Positions 52,783 to 64,000 of a DNA stretch of 64,000 nt are shown here, one piece after another; position 1 is the stretch's first letter, and each line of letters starts with the position of its first letter. Origin of the DNA: Chiloscyllium plagiosum (taxonomy: Eukaryota). The DNA lies in NCBI RefSeq assembly GCF_004010195.1, contig NC_057718.1:87953424-88017423 (forward strand). The letters are read 5' to 3'. The position numbers and the translations under genes are program-made. The notes under the pieces were generated by a model. It was not told the origin of the DNA. It did no database searches and saw only the letters and a list, made by a program, of their open reading frames with translations.

Positions 52783-52882
52783 ATTTCTCAACTCTCCAGA
52801 TGAATTATATTACCAATGTAATGAAAAATGTAACATGCTGTTGAAAGACCTGGAACAGCACACTCCTTAAGCAGATCAGGCT
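52783..52882 (-). other. Candidate 100-nt minus-strand exon, probably non-coding
   Basis: tttctataacttctcttccag|AGCC ... AAT|gtaagc; stop codons in all three frames. Confidence 0.4.
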
Positions 52883-53333
52883 CTGGAAGAGAAGTTATAG
52901 AAACTTTGCTTTGAATCCAAAGTGATGCTGGGGACATGACAGACTCGCAAAAAGTAGCTCCCACACCAATGAGTGGCAAACCACTCAAGACTGCTGACAT
53001 TTATTTCTGAAATTAGTGATGTTCCAGTGAGGGAACACCAAGCAGGACATAGAAACCAAATTACCCTATGATGCAGCAAATGGGAGAGATGCAGGCTTCC
53101 AAACAAAAGTTAACTCTACAAACAGCAAAGTCTGACCACACTCCACTTGGCTGTGGAGATCAAGGGAACACAAGACAAATCGGCATGAGATCTGGGTATT
53201 TGATGAACTATTTGCATGATAGAGACTGACTCACTTGCTATTATAAATAGTTTAACTTCCCTTTTTGTGGAAAGGAGGGGTATGTTGTGTGTGTACTTTT
53301 CTTTTTGCATTTAGCTGACTTGTCATTTTTCAG

Positions 53334-53356
53334 GACCCCAGATGCTATTTGTGAAT
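53334..53356 (+). other. Candidate 23-nt micro-exon of a plus-strand transcript
   Basis: Pyrimidine tract, branch-like gctgac, tttttcag|GACCCC...GAAT|gtaagt. Confidence 0.5.
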
Positions 53357-53569
53357 GTAAGTTTGCAACTGCACCTATCCAGTCCATCTGACACTGCAGG
53401 CAGCATATACTGAAATCAGTTGATCTGCTATAATGCTAGTTTCAAACTTTGGGGATTGACTAGAATAGGATAGTAATCAAGGGATTAGCTTTATTAGACC
53501 AACATCATTTAACACCGAGCATCAAATATTGTTTGCTTCAATGCACAAGACATCAATAAACAGTTGGAG

Positions 53570-54530
53570 GTACTGGATTGTGCACAAATTGAGGCCTGTC
53601 TGCATTTCAGCAATAATACTGAAGACTTGTGCTTCAGAATTAGATGTGTACCAAGGCAGCTGTTCTTATTCTTCAGCATTTGCATCTACCTGGTTATGTG
53701 GAAAATCCCTGAAGAACATACTTTCCACAATGCACAAATCCATCATGGCCAAATACAACCTTATTTGTCTACTTGAAGTGATGGAAGGGGTTACCAATAG
53801 GTTATTACTGAGCAATAGCTATCAACTGACCTTCTGCTTAGGTTCTGCCGGGGCGCCTCCACTCCTGGCTCATTCACCGTGTTTGTTTGCAAAGATGTAA
53901 TATCAGCAAAACATTTGACCGAATGCAACGTCAAGGAGCCCCAGCTAAACTAGAGTCTGTGGGAATGTGGGTGGAGTAAAAAAATTTTTTTTAAAAATTC
54001 TCATCTTGCCTAGCACAGTGGAAGATTAGTTGTGGTGTGTTTTAATGCTTTTTATAAAAAAAAAAATTCATTCATCTTAGTCCCTGGGCATCAATGCACG
54101 ATGAGCATTTGACATCGCCTGGCCCAGCAAGCCTCTGCTTTTATCAAGAACTTCCTTTCACCATGTGGTCAATGATATTCTATCTTAACTCCTTAGATAT
54201 TGAAGTAGTGCAAGTCCAACTCTTGTTATGTTTGGACAATATATTTTATTTAGTTTCGGGAGCTAAATTATGTGGCCTGAATGTTACTTGCTGATGTCAG
54301 GCAGTGACCATCTCCAAGAACCAATTTAATCGCCTTATTAACATTCAGTGAATTTTGTGTCCTTGAATCATCCATGTCCTGAGAGATACCATTGCCAGAA
54401 ATTGAACTGGTCTCGTGATACTGTGTCTACAAGTGTAGCCCAAAAGCTGGGAAATGAATAACTCTCCTCCTTACTCTCCAAGACCTGACCATCTACAAAC
54501 TGCAAATCAATATGATTGAATACCCTCTGT
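53570..54530 (+). mobile_element. Degraded fragment of the second LINE family
   Basis: Similar to 18470-19500 (aataatactgaagacttgtgcttcagaa; ggcagtgaccatctccaa). Confidence 0.6.
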
Positions 54531-54776
54531 TTGCCTAAATCACAGAATCACAAGTGTTACAATGCAAAAGGAGGCTATTCTGAACATCATGCTTGCATTG
54601 GCACTTCAAATGAGCATCGTTATCTAAATGTCAGTTTCCTCGTCTTCAGTGCTGCCCCCCCCCTCCCCAACCACACACTTGTTTTTAATCTAAATAATCA
54701 TCCAAAGCCCTCTAATACCTCTTTTGAATGTGCCTCCACCTACTTCCATGCAGTATGTTCCATATCCAAACTACTT

Positions 54777-57540
54777 AGAATCATAGAGATACAGCATGGA
54801 AACAGACTTAGGTCTGACTCCTCCATGCCCACCAGATATCCTAACCTAATCTAGTCTCATTTGCCAGCACTTGTCCCTGTATAACCATCTAGATGCCTTT
54901 CAAATGCTGCAATTGTACCAGCCTCCACCATATCCTGTGGTAGCTTATTCCATACATGCACCACCCTCTGAAAAAGTAGCCCCTTTGGTCCCTTTTTAAA
55001 TTTTTCTCCCTCCTGTTTTTCCCCCACCCTAAACCTATGCCCTCTCATTCAGGACTCCCTAAACTCAGGGAAAAGACCTTGTCTATTTATCCTATCCATG
55101 CCCTTCATGATTTTATACATCTCTATAAAGTCGCCCCTCAGCCTCCAACCATCCAGGTAAAACAGCCCCAATCTATTCAGCCTCTCCCTATAGCTCAAAT
55201 CCTCCAATCCTGTCAACATCCATGTAATTTTTTTCTGAACCCTTCCAATTTTCACACAATCCTTCCAACAGGAAGGGGACCAGAAGTGCTCACAATGTCC
55301 TGTACAGCTGCAACATGACTTCCCAACTCCTGGACTCAATGCTTTGACCAATAAAGGAAAGCATATCAAACGCCGCCTTCACTAACCTATCTAATTGCGA
55401 CTCCACTTTCAAGGAGCTATGAACCTACACTCCAAGGTCTTTGTTCAGCAACACTCCCTCTGACCTTACCATTAAGTGTATAAATCCTGCTATTATTTGC
55501 TTTTCCAAAATACAGCACCTAGCATTTATCTAAATTAAACTCCATTTGCCACTCGTCAGCCCATTGGACCATCTGATCAAGATCCCGTTGTAATTGGAGG
55601 TACTCTTCTTCGCTGTCCACCCTACTTCCAATTTTGGTGTCATCTGCAAACTTACTACCATTACCTCCTATGTTCATGTCCAAATCATTTATGTAAATGA
55701 CAAAGCACCAATCCTTATGACACACCACTGATCACAGGCCTCCAGTCTGAAAGACAACCCTCCACCACCACCCTCTGTCTTCTACCTTCAAGCCAGTGCT
55801 GTATCCAGATGACTAGTTCTCCTGTATTCCCAGAGATCTAGCCTTGCTAACCAGTCTACCTTGAGGAACGTTGTCCAGTGCCTAACTGAAGTCCATATGG
55901 ATCACATCCACTGCTCTGCCCTTATCAATCCTCTTTGAATTTTTTGAACAAGTAACAATCAAGTTTGAGACATGATTTCCCACACACACAGCCATGCTGA
56001 CTATCCCCAATCAGTCCTTGCCTTTCCAAATACATGAACATACTGTCCCTCAGGATTCCCTCCAACAACCTGCCCACCACCAATGTCAGGCTTACTGGTC
56101 TATAGTTCCCTGGCTTTTCCTTAACAATTTAAATAGTGGGGACCACGTTAGCCAACGTCCAGTCTTCTGGCACCTCGCGTGTGACTATCGATGATACAAA
56201 TGTCTCGGCCAGGGGCCCAACAATCACTTCCCTAGCTTCCCACAGAGTTCTAGGGTACACCTTATCAGTACCTGGGATTTATCCACTTCTATGGGTTTTA
56301 AGACATCCAACACCACCTCTGTAATATGGACACTTTTCAAGATGCCACCATCTATTTTCCCCCACATTTGAGATCTTCTGTGTCCTTCTCCACAGTAAAC
56401 ACTGGTGCAAAATGTGTTTAGTATCTCCCTATCTCATGTGGTTACATACATGTGGCCTTGCTGATATTTGAGGAATCCTATTCTTTCCCTAGTTACCCTT
56501 TTGTCCTTAATGTATTTATAGAATCCCTTTGGATTCTCCTTAACCCTATTTGCCAAAGTTATCTCATGTCCCCTTTTTGACCTCCTGATTTCCCTCTTGT
56601 ATACTCCTACTGCCTTTTATACTCTAAGGATTTACTTGATCTCTGGGCGGCACGGTGGCACAGTGGTTAGCACTGCTGCCTCACAGCGCCAGAGACCCGG
56701 GTTCACTTCCCGCCTCCGGCGACTGACTGTGTGGAGTTTGCACGTTCTCCCTGTGTCTGCGTGGGTTTCCTCCGGGTGCTCTGGTTTCCTCCCACAGTCT
56801 AAAGATGTGCAGGTCAGGTGAACTGGCCATGCTAAATTCCCCATAGTGTTAGGTAAGGAGTAAATGTAGGGGTATGGGTGGATTGCGCTTTGGCGGGTCG
56901 GTGTGGACTTGTTGGGCCAAAGGGCCTGTTTCCACACTGTAATGTAATCTAATCTAATCTATATCTGACACATGCTACCTTTTTATTCTTAACCAAAACC
57001 TCAATTTCTCTGGTCATCCAGCATTCCCTACATCTACCAGCCTTGCCTTTCACCTGAATAGGAATATACTGTCTCTGGACTCTCGTTATCTCATTTTTGA
57101 AGGCTTCCCATTCTCCAGCTGTTGCTTTACCTGCAAACATCTGCCCCCCCATCAGCTTTTGAAAGCTCTTGTCTAATACTATCAAAATTGGCCTTCCTCC
57201 AGATCAGAACTTCAACTTTTTGATCTGGTCTATCCTTTTAAATCACTGTTTTAAACCTAGTAAAATTATGGTCGCTGGCCAAAGTGCTCCCCTACTGACA
57301 ACTCAGTCACCTGCCCTGCCTTATTTCCCAAGGGTAGGTCAAGTTTTGCACCTTCTCTAGTAGGTATCCATATACTGAATCAAAGTGTCTTGTACAGACT
57401 TAACAAATTCCTCTCCATCTAAACCCTTAACACGATGGCAGTCTCAGTCTATGTTTGGAAAGTTAAAATCCCTTACTATAACCACTCTATTATTCTTACT
57501 GAGATCTCTTTACAATTTTGTTTCCCAATTTCCCACTGAC
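54777..57540 (-). mobile_element. CR1/HER1-type LINE ORF2 (EN-RT, degenerate), interrupted by HE1
   Basis: IYINDLD...[10 protein letters not shown]...LQRDLD..VQWADEWQMEFN..KC; WEAFK...WMTREI. Confidence 0.9.
56645..56961 (+). mobile_element. HE1-type V-SINE
   Basis: Full-length copy with (aatct)n tail. Confidence 0.93.
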
Positions 57541-57899
57541 TACCTGCCGAGTGCTAGTTTCCTTTTTTTTGTTTGCATGCCACTTTAAATCTGGAATTTC
57601 CCTTTCTTTTTATGACCACAAATGGGTTCTGCCTAGCTACTCTTTTTCCTCATGATTTTGAAAACCTGTATCAAATCTCATCTCGACTCCTTTCTGTCCA
57701 AGGAGAACAGTCTTAACTTCAATGTGTCTTCATAGCGGAGGTTTCTCGTTCCTGGAACCATTCTTGTAAGTTGCTTCTGTACAGTCTAATGCATTCATAG
57801 CTAAGCTGAGTGGCGCACACAACTTGTATATACATACTCCAGCTGGTGTCTAACCAGTATAACTTAAAACAGGAGAGCAGAGGACATCAAATTAAACGA

Positions 57900-58416
57900 A
57901 TCCCCTCTGCCTGCACTTGGTCCATATCCATTCATTTCTTGCATGGTCATGTGTTTATGTCAAAGTTCCTTCAATGCCTTTGTTGTATCTGCCTTCACCA
58001 CCACCCGAGCATCACGTTCTGGAGTCCTGTTACTGTAAAGGAAAAAAGAAACCAGCTCCTCACATCTCCTTTAAACACCCCTCTGCACCACCTCCTCCAT
58101 AACCCCCCCCCCCCGCCCCCACCCCCAAAACCTTGAATGCAAGTTCCCTAGTTTCAGACATTTCAACTCTTCGGGGTTGGGGGAGGAAAGATTCTAACGG
58201 TCAACCCTATCGCTGCATCTCATAATTTTATAGACTTCTATCCAGTCTCCCCTCAGCCTCCACAGCTCTAGAGAACACCATATGATTTTTTCCTAGCCTC
58301 TCCTTATAGTTCATATCTGTTTAATCCAGGCAGCATCTTGATAAGCCTCTTCTGCACCCTCTCCAAAGTGTCCATAATCTTCCTTGTAATGTGGCGATCA
58401 GAATTGAATGCAATAT
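57900..58416 (-). mobile_element. Degraded CR1 3' fragment
   Basis: ccaggcagcatcttgataagcctcttctgcaccctctccaa is antisense to LERVQKRLIKMLPG. Confidence 0.65.
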
Positions 58417-58423
58417 TGTGTGT

Positions 58424-58509
58424 AGAAAGTGAGGACTGGAGATCAGAGTCCCAAGTGTGGTGCTGGAAAAGCACAGCAGGTCAGGCAGCATCCGAGGAGC
58501 AGGAGAATC
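58424..58509 (-). mobile_element. 86-bp PLE terminal insert starting at the predicted hammerhead cleavage site
   Basis: Same family-B terminus; similarity stops exactly after gagaatc. Confidence 0.75.
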
Positions 58510-59775
58510 TATATTATCTGCCCATTTATACATCCTGGTCCCTCTGTTCCTGCACCCGCTTTTAGAATTGTACCCTCTCTCTATTATACTGTCTTTCAAT
58601 GTTCTTCCTTCCAAACTATATCACTTGTAGCATCAATGCATTTTAAAAAAGAACTTTATTTCATTCAGCTTTTAGCTATATTTTTGTATTTGTTCACTAG
58701 CTTTCATGTGTGCAGAAAGATTTTCACATCTGTGCCAGACAGTTTCTCTCTGGCCATTTCATAAAATGGTTTATTTCATCCTCCCTCATTAACACTTCGT
58801 TTGACTTAAAGTTCCTGTGTTGCCTGTTTTGATAGTTATCCAATTGATATTATTTCTGTTCTTTCTCTTTTCCCCCCCCCACCTTTGTTTCCCCCTAGTA
58901 CTTATTCAAGTCACTTCAATTTTTATTGAATCTGCTCTAACATTCTCTCTCATATTTTGTTTTTTTTTGACAATCTCATTTTCGGAATGGGTGGGTCAGT
59001 TGGTAGTTTTACTGCCTCCTGAATCTTGTGGATCCTGCTGACAGTCATTAAGGAGAAATTTGAGAACCCAGCAACCTACTGATGCAAGCTCCAAAAGGTT
59101 TCGCTTTTATAAAACGAAAATTTAAGAATTAAACAAAGGTCAACCTTTGGTACAAATAGTGATAAACCGTATAGTGTAATGAACACTCATTTCTTTTCCC
59201 CACTTTTTTTTTCTCTCAGCTTTTGGAATTCCCCATCTGAGCTCAGTGTCACAGCTGTTCTCCAAGGTATTACATGTTTACAGGAATCACTGCTATCCTT
59301 GCTGTTTGGCCAAATAGCTCTCCAACCTTCACTTAAAACCTCATGACAATAGATATCTTGCTCCTTGTTTTGGTTGCCCCCATCAGATACCAAACTCTTT
59401 TTCACAGCTTCCAAGCTAATTTGGAGTGCTTTCTGCCCCCATGCTGTGAGAGGAATACTGAGGATTTCTTCCTTTAGCTGTACTTATACAATTCATCTTA
59501 CCAATGTTTCCCCTCCAATTACAAACTGAGTTTGAGCCCCACCTGCAGTCCACCTGGTGAACAATGATGTTAGTCAGACCATCACTTAAGTGGGAGAAAA
59601 ATACTACAAATCGTCTGTTTGCATCTTGCCTGATAAACTGCCATTTCTTCTGTTTGTTTCTCAAACTGAACTGTTTGCTTTCTGTCAGCAAGTGAATGTA
59701 GATAAACTAAACAAAGGACCTTCTAACTGTGGTACAATGAAATGCATGTAAAATTATGTAATTAACTTTCAACAG

Positions 59776-59890
59776 GAGAGATCATGAAGACATCAGTTTA
59801 GAATGAGTCTGTGAAGAGTGGTCTTAAAGATGACAGTTGTATTTGGTTAACCTACATACAGATATCAATAAAGGAGTGTTACAATACTAA
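59776..59890 (+). other. Candidate short terminal exon of a plus-strand transcript
   Basis: ttaactttcaacag|GAGAG acceptor; AATAAA at 59867-59872. Confidence 0.3.
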
Positions 59891-60439
59891 GTATCGAAGA
59901 GCTCCACTTGGAGTTAAGGAGCAGGTAGCCTTGGGGACTGAGAATGTGCAGACTCCCACAGCTCATACTCCAAACCAGTATCTCAATGTGAAAGTAGCAA
60001 TATTCACTTAAAAGCACAAGATAAAGCACTACCCACCACAGCTTGACCTCTGTGGCATACTATGGGATTTTGGAACAGAAATGCAAACTGATTAATTGTT
60101 TTATCTCCAGTACAACTTTGGTTCTGTGACTGATATGGATAATTATCTCTAACAGATACAATTGCCCTCTTTAAAAGAGTTGCAAACATGTTGGTCATTC
60201 TTTCACTATCAACTTGTCTTTTTGGAAGGTTTAAATACAGATTAACAAACCTGGGTTTGTCTGATTTTTGATTTGACTTAATGTTAGGTGCAAATCAGTT
60301 TTTTTTTTAACATTTCCACCTAGTTTCCACTTGGTCTGTATTTAATATTTCAGTCCTGAAGTTTAAGTTCTAAAACAATTATGAACTAGATATGAACACC
60401 AGTGAGTTCAGGTTCTACATCTGGGCTCAACTGCTAAAC

Positions 60440-60620
60440 TAAAAAGCTGGCATTGTCAGAAGTGCATTCTTTTAGATAAAGGTTTAAACCAGGGGCCCAC
60501 CTGCCTACTTCAGTGGGTGTAAAAATCTTGTGGCACCATTTTAAGGAAGTTTCCCTGGTGTCCTGGTCTGTATTCCTCAATTTAAAATCTCATTCCCCTG
60601 GTCATGAACATTTTGTGGTT
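60440..60620 (+). mobile_element. Degraded DeuSINE-like element
   Basis: ttaaaccaggggcccacctgcc...gggtgtaaaaatcttgtggcaccatttt...ccctggtgtcctgg. Confidence 0.6.
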
Positions 60621-60769
60621 TTCAAAAGAGACTTTGGTTGTTGTCTACAGAGGAAATGTTTGTAGAGCTGGTGAGAAAAGGCAGTGATATAACCTTTTTA
60701 GATGAGTTTCTCTTAGTGAGTTGGAACAAACCTCTCGAACCAAATAAATACCACCTGCACCCATAACTA

Positions 60770-61430
60770 TCCATAGTCATGCAGCACGGAAGCAGACACT
60801 TCAGTTCAACTCATCCGCACCAATCAGCCGTCCCATTCTAAACTAATCCCATTAGCCAGCATTTGGCCCTAATCCCTCTCAACCCTTGGTGTTCGTACAT
60901 CCATCCAGATGCCTTTTAAATGTCGTGATCTTTATCCACCTCCACTACTTTCTTTGGTAGCTTGTTCCATACATGTGCCACCCTCTCCATTTGAAAATGT
61001 TACCCCTTTTTTGTCCTTTTTTTAAAAATAAATCTTTTCCCCCCCCCCTCACCTTTTAGTTTTGGACTCCTTTCTTTCCCCCCCCCCGCCCCCCCAACAC
61101 CCCTCTTTAGGAAAAAGATCTTAATGATTCACACTATCATGCCCCTCACGACTTTATAAACCTTAGTCAGCAAAGCCCCAGCCTCTCCATATAGCTCAAA
61201 CCCTCCATTCCTGGCAGCATCCTTTTAAATTTTTATCTGCATCCTTTCTGTAGAAGGGTGACCAGAATTGTGTGCAGTATTTCAAAAGTGGCTTCACAAA
61301 TATCCTGTACAGTCACAATATGACCAATGAAGAAAAGCGTGCCTTCTCCACCACTCTGTCCAACCCTTTTCAAGTGTTTATCCACCTACACACCTAGGTC
61401 ACCTTTCTTTTTGGTAACACTCTCCAGGGC
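60770..61430 (-). mobile_element. Degraded CR1/HER1 3' fragment
   Basis: Similar to 2000-2580. Confidence 0.75.
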
Positions 61431-63039
61431 TCCACAATTGTTTAATCATTATTGTATACTTTTGAGCTGTTTGCATGAGCTTGCACTGCCATTTTCTACA
61501 TCACAGCAGCGACCAAATTTTAAGTAATTATTTGGCTGTAAAGCACTTTTGAGATTACCAGTCCTTATCAAAGCATGATAACAGTACAAGTTGTCTTTTC
61601 ATTCTCTCAAACCCTTCCAACATTCAACACAGTATTGCCTTTTATTTATTTGTCAAAATCTATAAATGATTTAGAATACCTCTCAAGTCTCTCCTTTTAA
61701 CAAACTTTACTGTAAGAAAAGATGAGTGAAATTTGGTTTTCTCTGCTACAGTTCTTCCCAGCTGTCATTTTTATAGATTTCTTCATCTTTCTCCAAGGTT
61801 TTGAAGTCCTAGAATTGAACTCTACTCAGCAATTTTTTTTTTTAGAAAAGCACCCCGACTTGCCAGTTTCAAAGATTTGCATACATATACTGCCAAATCT
61901 GTTCATGCATGCCTTTGAAACTTTATAATATTTAGTTCATAATGGCTTTCCTCATTCTTCCTATCAAAATGTATTGCTTCAGACTTCTCTGCAGTGAAAT
62001 TCACCTATGTATTCCCACTTTACTGGAACATTTTTTGGCATCCTGATTTCTAATACAATCCTTCATGTATGACTTATTTGCATAAATTTAGTTGCTAGCT
62101 CCTCATCAATTGTTTCTCAGCTGTGAATTTTTACATCCCTACATTATTTTCTGGGTCTTGCTGGTTTAAATGTTTGCTCCTTACCCTCATAATTAATGTA
62201 CCTTGTATTGTCAAATTTTGGTCAGCTGGAACTTGTTTTAACAGATCTATGCAAATGACCACCTTTTCCACTTTCCATCATACGCTTATCAAAGCTGGGC
62301 CAGGTCCCAATCTGGTTTTAACATGCTATTCATCCTATTGGTGGATTTTTCTTTGGTCACGGTTTGACTGGTGAAATTTTGAATCTGTCAACTCTCTCCT
62401 TTCCAATCCAATCCACACTGAAATTTCATTGGTGTCTTAATCCTGGCATTTCACATCTAATGTCAATATGTGGTAGCCCAATCATAGACTACAGTGATTT
62501 AAAGATGGACATCACTTCACCTTCCAGGAAGGTGGGCAGTATATTCAGCTTTTCAAGACTCCTCTTTTTATTTCAAAAATACTCTTTGGAAGGTTAGGAT
62601 TAAAACATAAATAGATCAGGAATAGCTGTGCATGCTTTGCCACTTAATACAATCCAGTCTTGATTTCCTGAGAATCAAAAATCTGTCTTATACTCTATCA
62701 TTTGCGTTTCCTGGAGTACAGAATTCGCAAAGGTTCCCAACTCTTAGTAAATTGGTCCTAACCTTAGTTCCAAATAATTGTCCCCTTATTGTGAGACATT
62801 GCCTTATTGTTCTAGCTTCCCAACTATGGAAAGTCACTTCTATCTACTCTTTCTAAGCCCCTTTGGAATCTTGCACTCTGACTTCACTTCACAATCTTCC
62901 AAACTCCAGACAGTATAGGTCAATTTATTCAGCTTTTCATTGTAGGAGAACGCTCTTATCCCAGGAATGAACCAATAAAGCAAACTAGCTATTTATTGTA
63001 AACTTAATTATAACTTGAGACATACAGATATGTAATTCA

Positions 63040-63795
63040 TTGAAAGTTGTCACAGGGTGGTAAAGAAAGCATTTGGCACATTTGCATTCATTACTCCGAC
63101 TGTTAAGTGATTGAGGTGGGATGTCATGTTGTGCTTGTAAAGGACGTTGGTGAGGACACTGGAGTATTGCGTACAGTTCTGGTTACCCTTCTATAGAAAG
63201 CATATTATTAAATTGGAGAGGGTGCAGGAAAGATTTTAAATGAGTTTACTGGGACTGGAGGATTTGAGTTGCAGGGATAGGCTGGGACTTTTTTCCCTGG
63301 AGCACAGGAGGTTGACGGGTCATCTTTTATAGAGATTTTATAAAATCATGGGCATAAGCAAGATTTTCCTGAGAGTAGAGGGTTTCAAAACCAGGGGACA
63401 TAATTTTAAGGTGGAGGAGAAGGATTTAAAAAGAACCTGACGGGTCATCTTTTATAGAGATTTTATAAAATCATGGGCATAAGCAAGATTTTCCTGAGAG
63501 TAGAGGGTTTCAAAACCAGGGACATAATTTTAAGGTGGAGGAGAAGGATTTAAAAAGAACCTTGGGGACAACTTTTTTCAGTGGGTGGTTTGTATGTGGA
63601 ATGAACTGCTAGAGCAAGTGTATATGCAGGTGGGGTTACAACATTTAAGAGTCATTTGGAAAGAGACACAAATAGGAAAGGTTTAGGGGGATATAGGCTA
63701 AATGCAGGCAAATGGGACGAATTTATTTGGGGAAACTTGGTCCCGCTTGGACAAATTGGATTGAAGGTTCGGTTTCCATGCTATATGACTCTAAG
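63040..63795 (+). mobile_element. CR1/HER1 3' fragment containing a tandem duplication
   Basis: LEYCVQFW.P.YRK.IIKLERVQ; tail ctatatgactcta. Confidence 0.85.
63313..63561 (+). repeat. Tandem duplication, 125 + 124 bp
   Basis: 63313-63437 repeated at 63438-63561, differing by one G in a run. Confidence 0.95.
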
Positions 63796-63823
63796 GCATT
63801 TTTCTTTTAACTTGCCTGATATC

Positions 63824-64000
63824 AGAGTTGTAGAGATGTACAGCACAGAAACAGACCCTTAGGCCAACCGAGTCCATGCTGACCAGATATCCCAATCTAA
63901 TCTAGTCCCATTTTCCAGCACTTGGCCCATATCCCTGTAAACCTTTCCTATTCATATACACATTCAGATGCCTCTTAAATGTTGCAATTCTACCAGCCTC
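63824..64000 (-). mobile_element. CR1/HER1 3' end (runs off the window)
   Basis: agagatgtacagcacagaaacagaccctt matches 2020 onward. Confidence 0.85.

Noticed and set aside
59564..59633. Second box C/D-like motif upstream of the 59776 acceptor
   Set aside because: Same weaknesses; such short motifs are expected by chance in AT-rich DNA.
1..64000. CRISPR array, prokaryotic operon or defence system; most short track ORFs
   Set aside because: There is no regularly spaced repeat-spacer array or gene-dense organisation. The short ORFs are antisense or alternative frames of repeats, or chance.

Overview
This is repeat-dense vertebrate genomic DNA, almost certainly from an elasmobranch (shark or ray), since it carries several HE1-type V-SINEs and their partner CR1/HER1-type LINEs. 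It is not prokaryotic, and no host protein gene was recognised by name. Most of the window is retroelement debris: one near-full-length CR1 LINE (zinc-finger/esterase ORF1 plus EN-RT ORF2), many CR1 fragments, a second EN-RT LINE family, a Rex/Babar-type fragment, HE1 SINEs, DeuSINE-like relics and at least three Penelope-like element (PLE) families. Four things stand out. (1) Each PLE family carries its own minimal hammerhead ribozyme motif, the short inserts are often palindromic with 8-14 bp target-site duplications, and breakpoints cluster at the ribozyme. (2) A candidate 3-exon minus-strand gene (28.3-20.9 kb) splices to an unrecognised 56-aa microprotein that the ORF track misses. (3) A candidate plus-strand transcript is built from micro-exons (31.7-59.9 kb). 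(4) A near-identical ~1 kb tandem duplication has a PLE at its junction. Repeat boundaries are approximate and family names come from motif recognition, not database searches.
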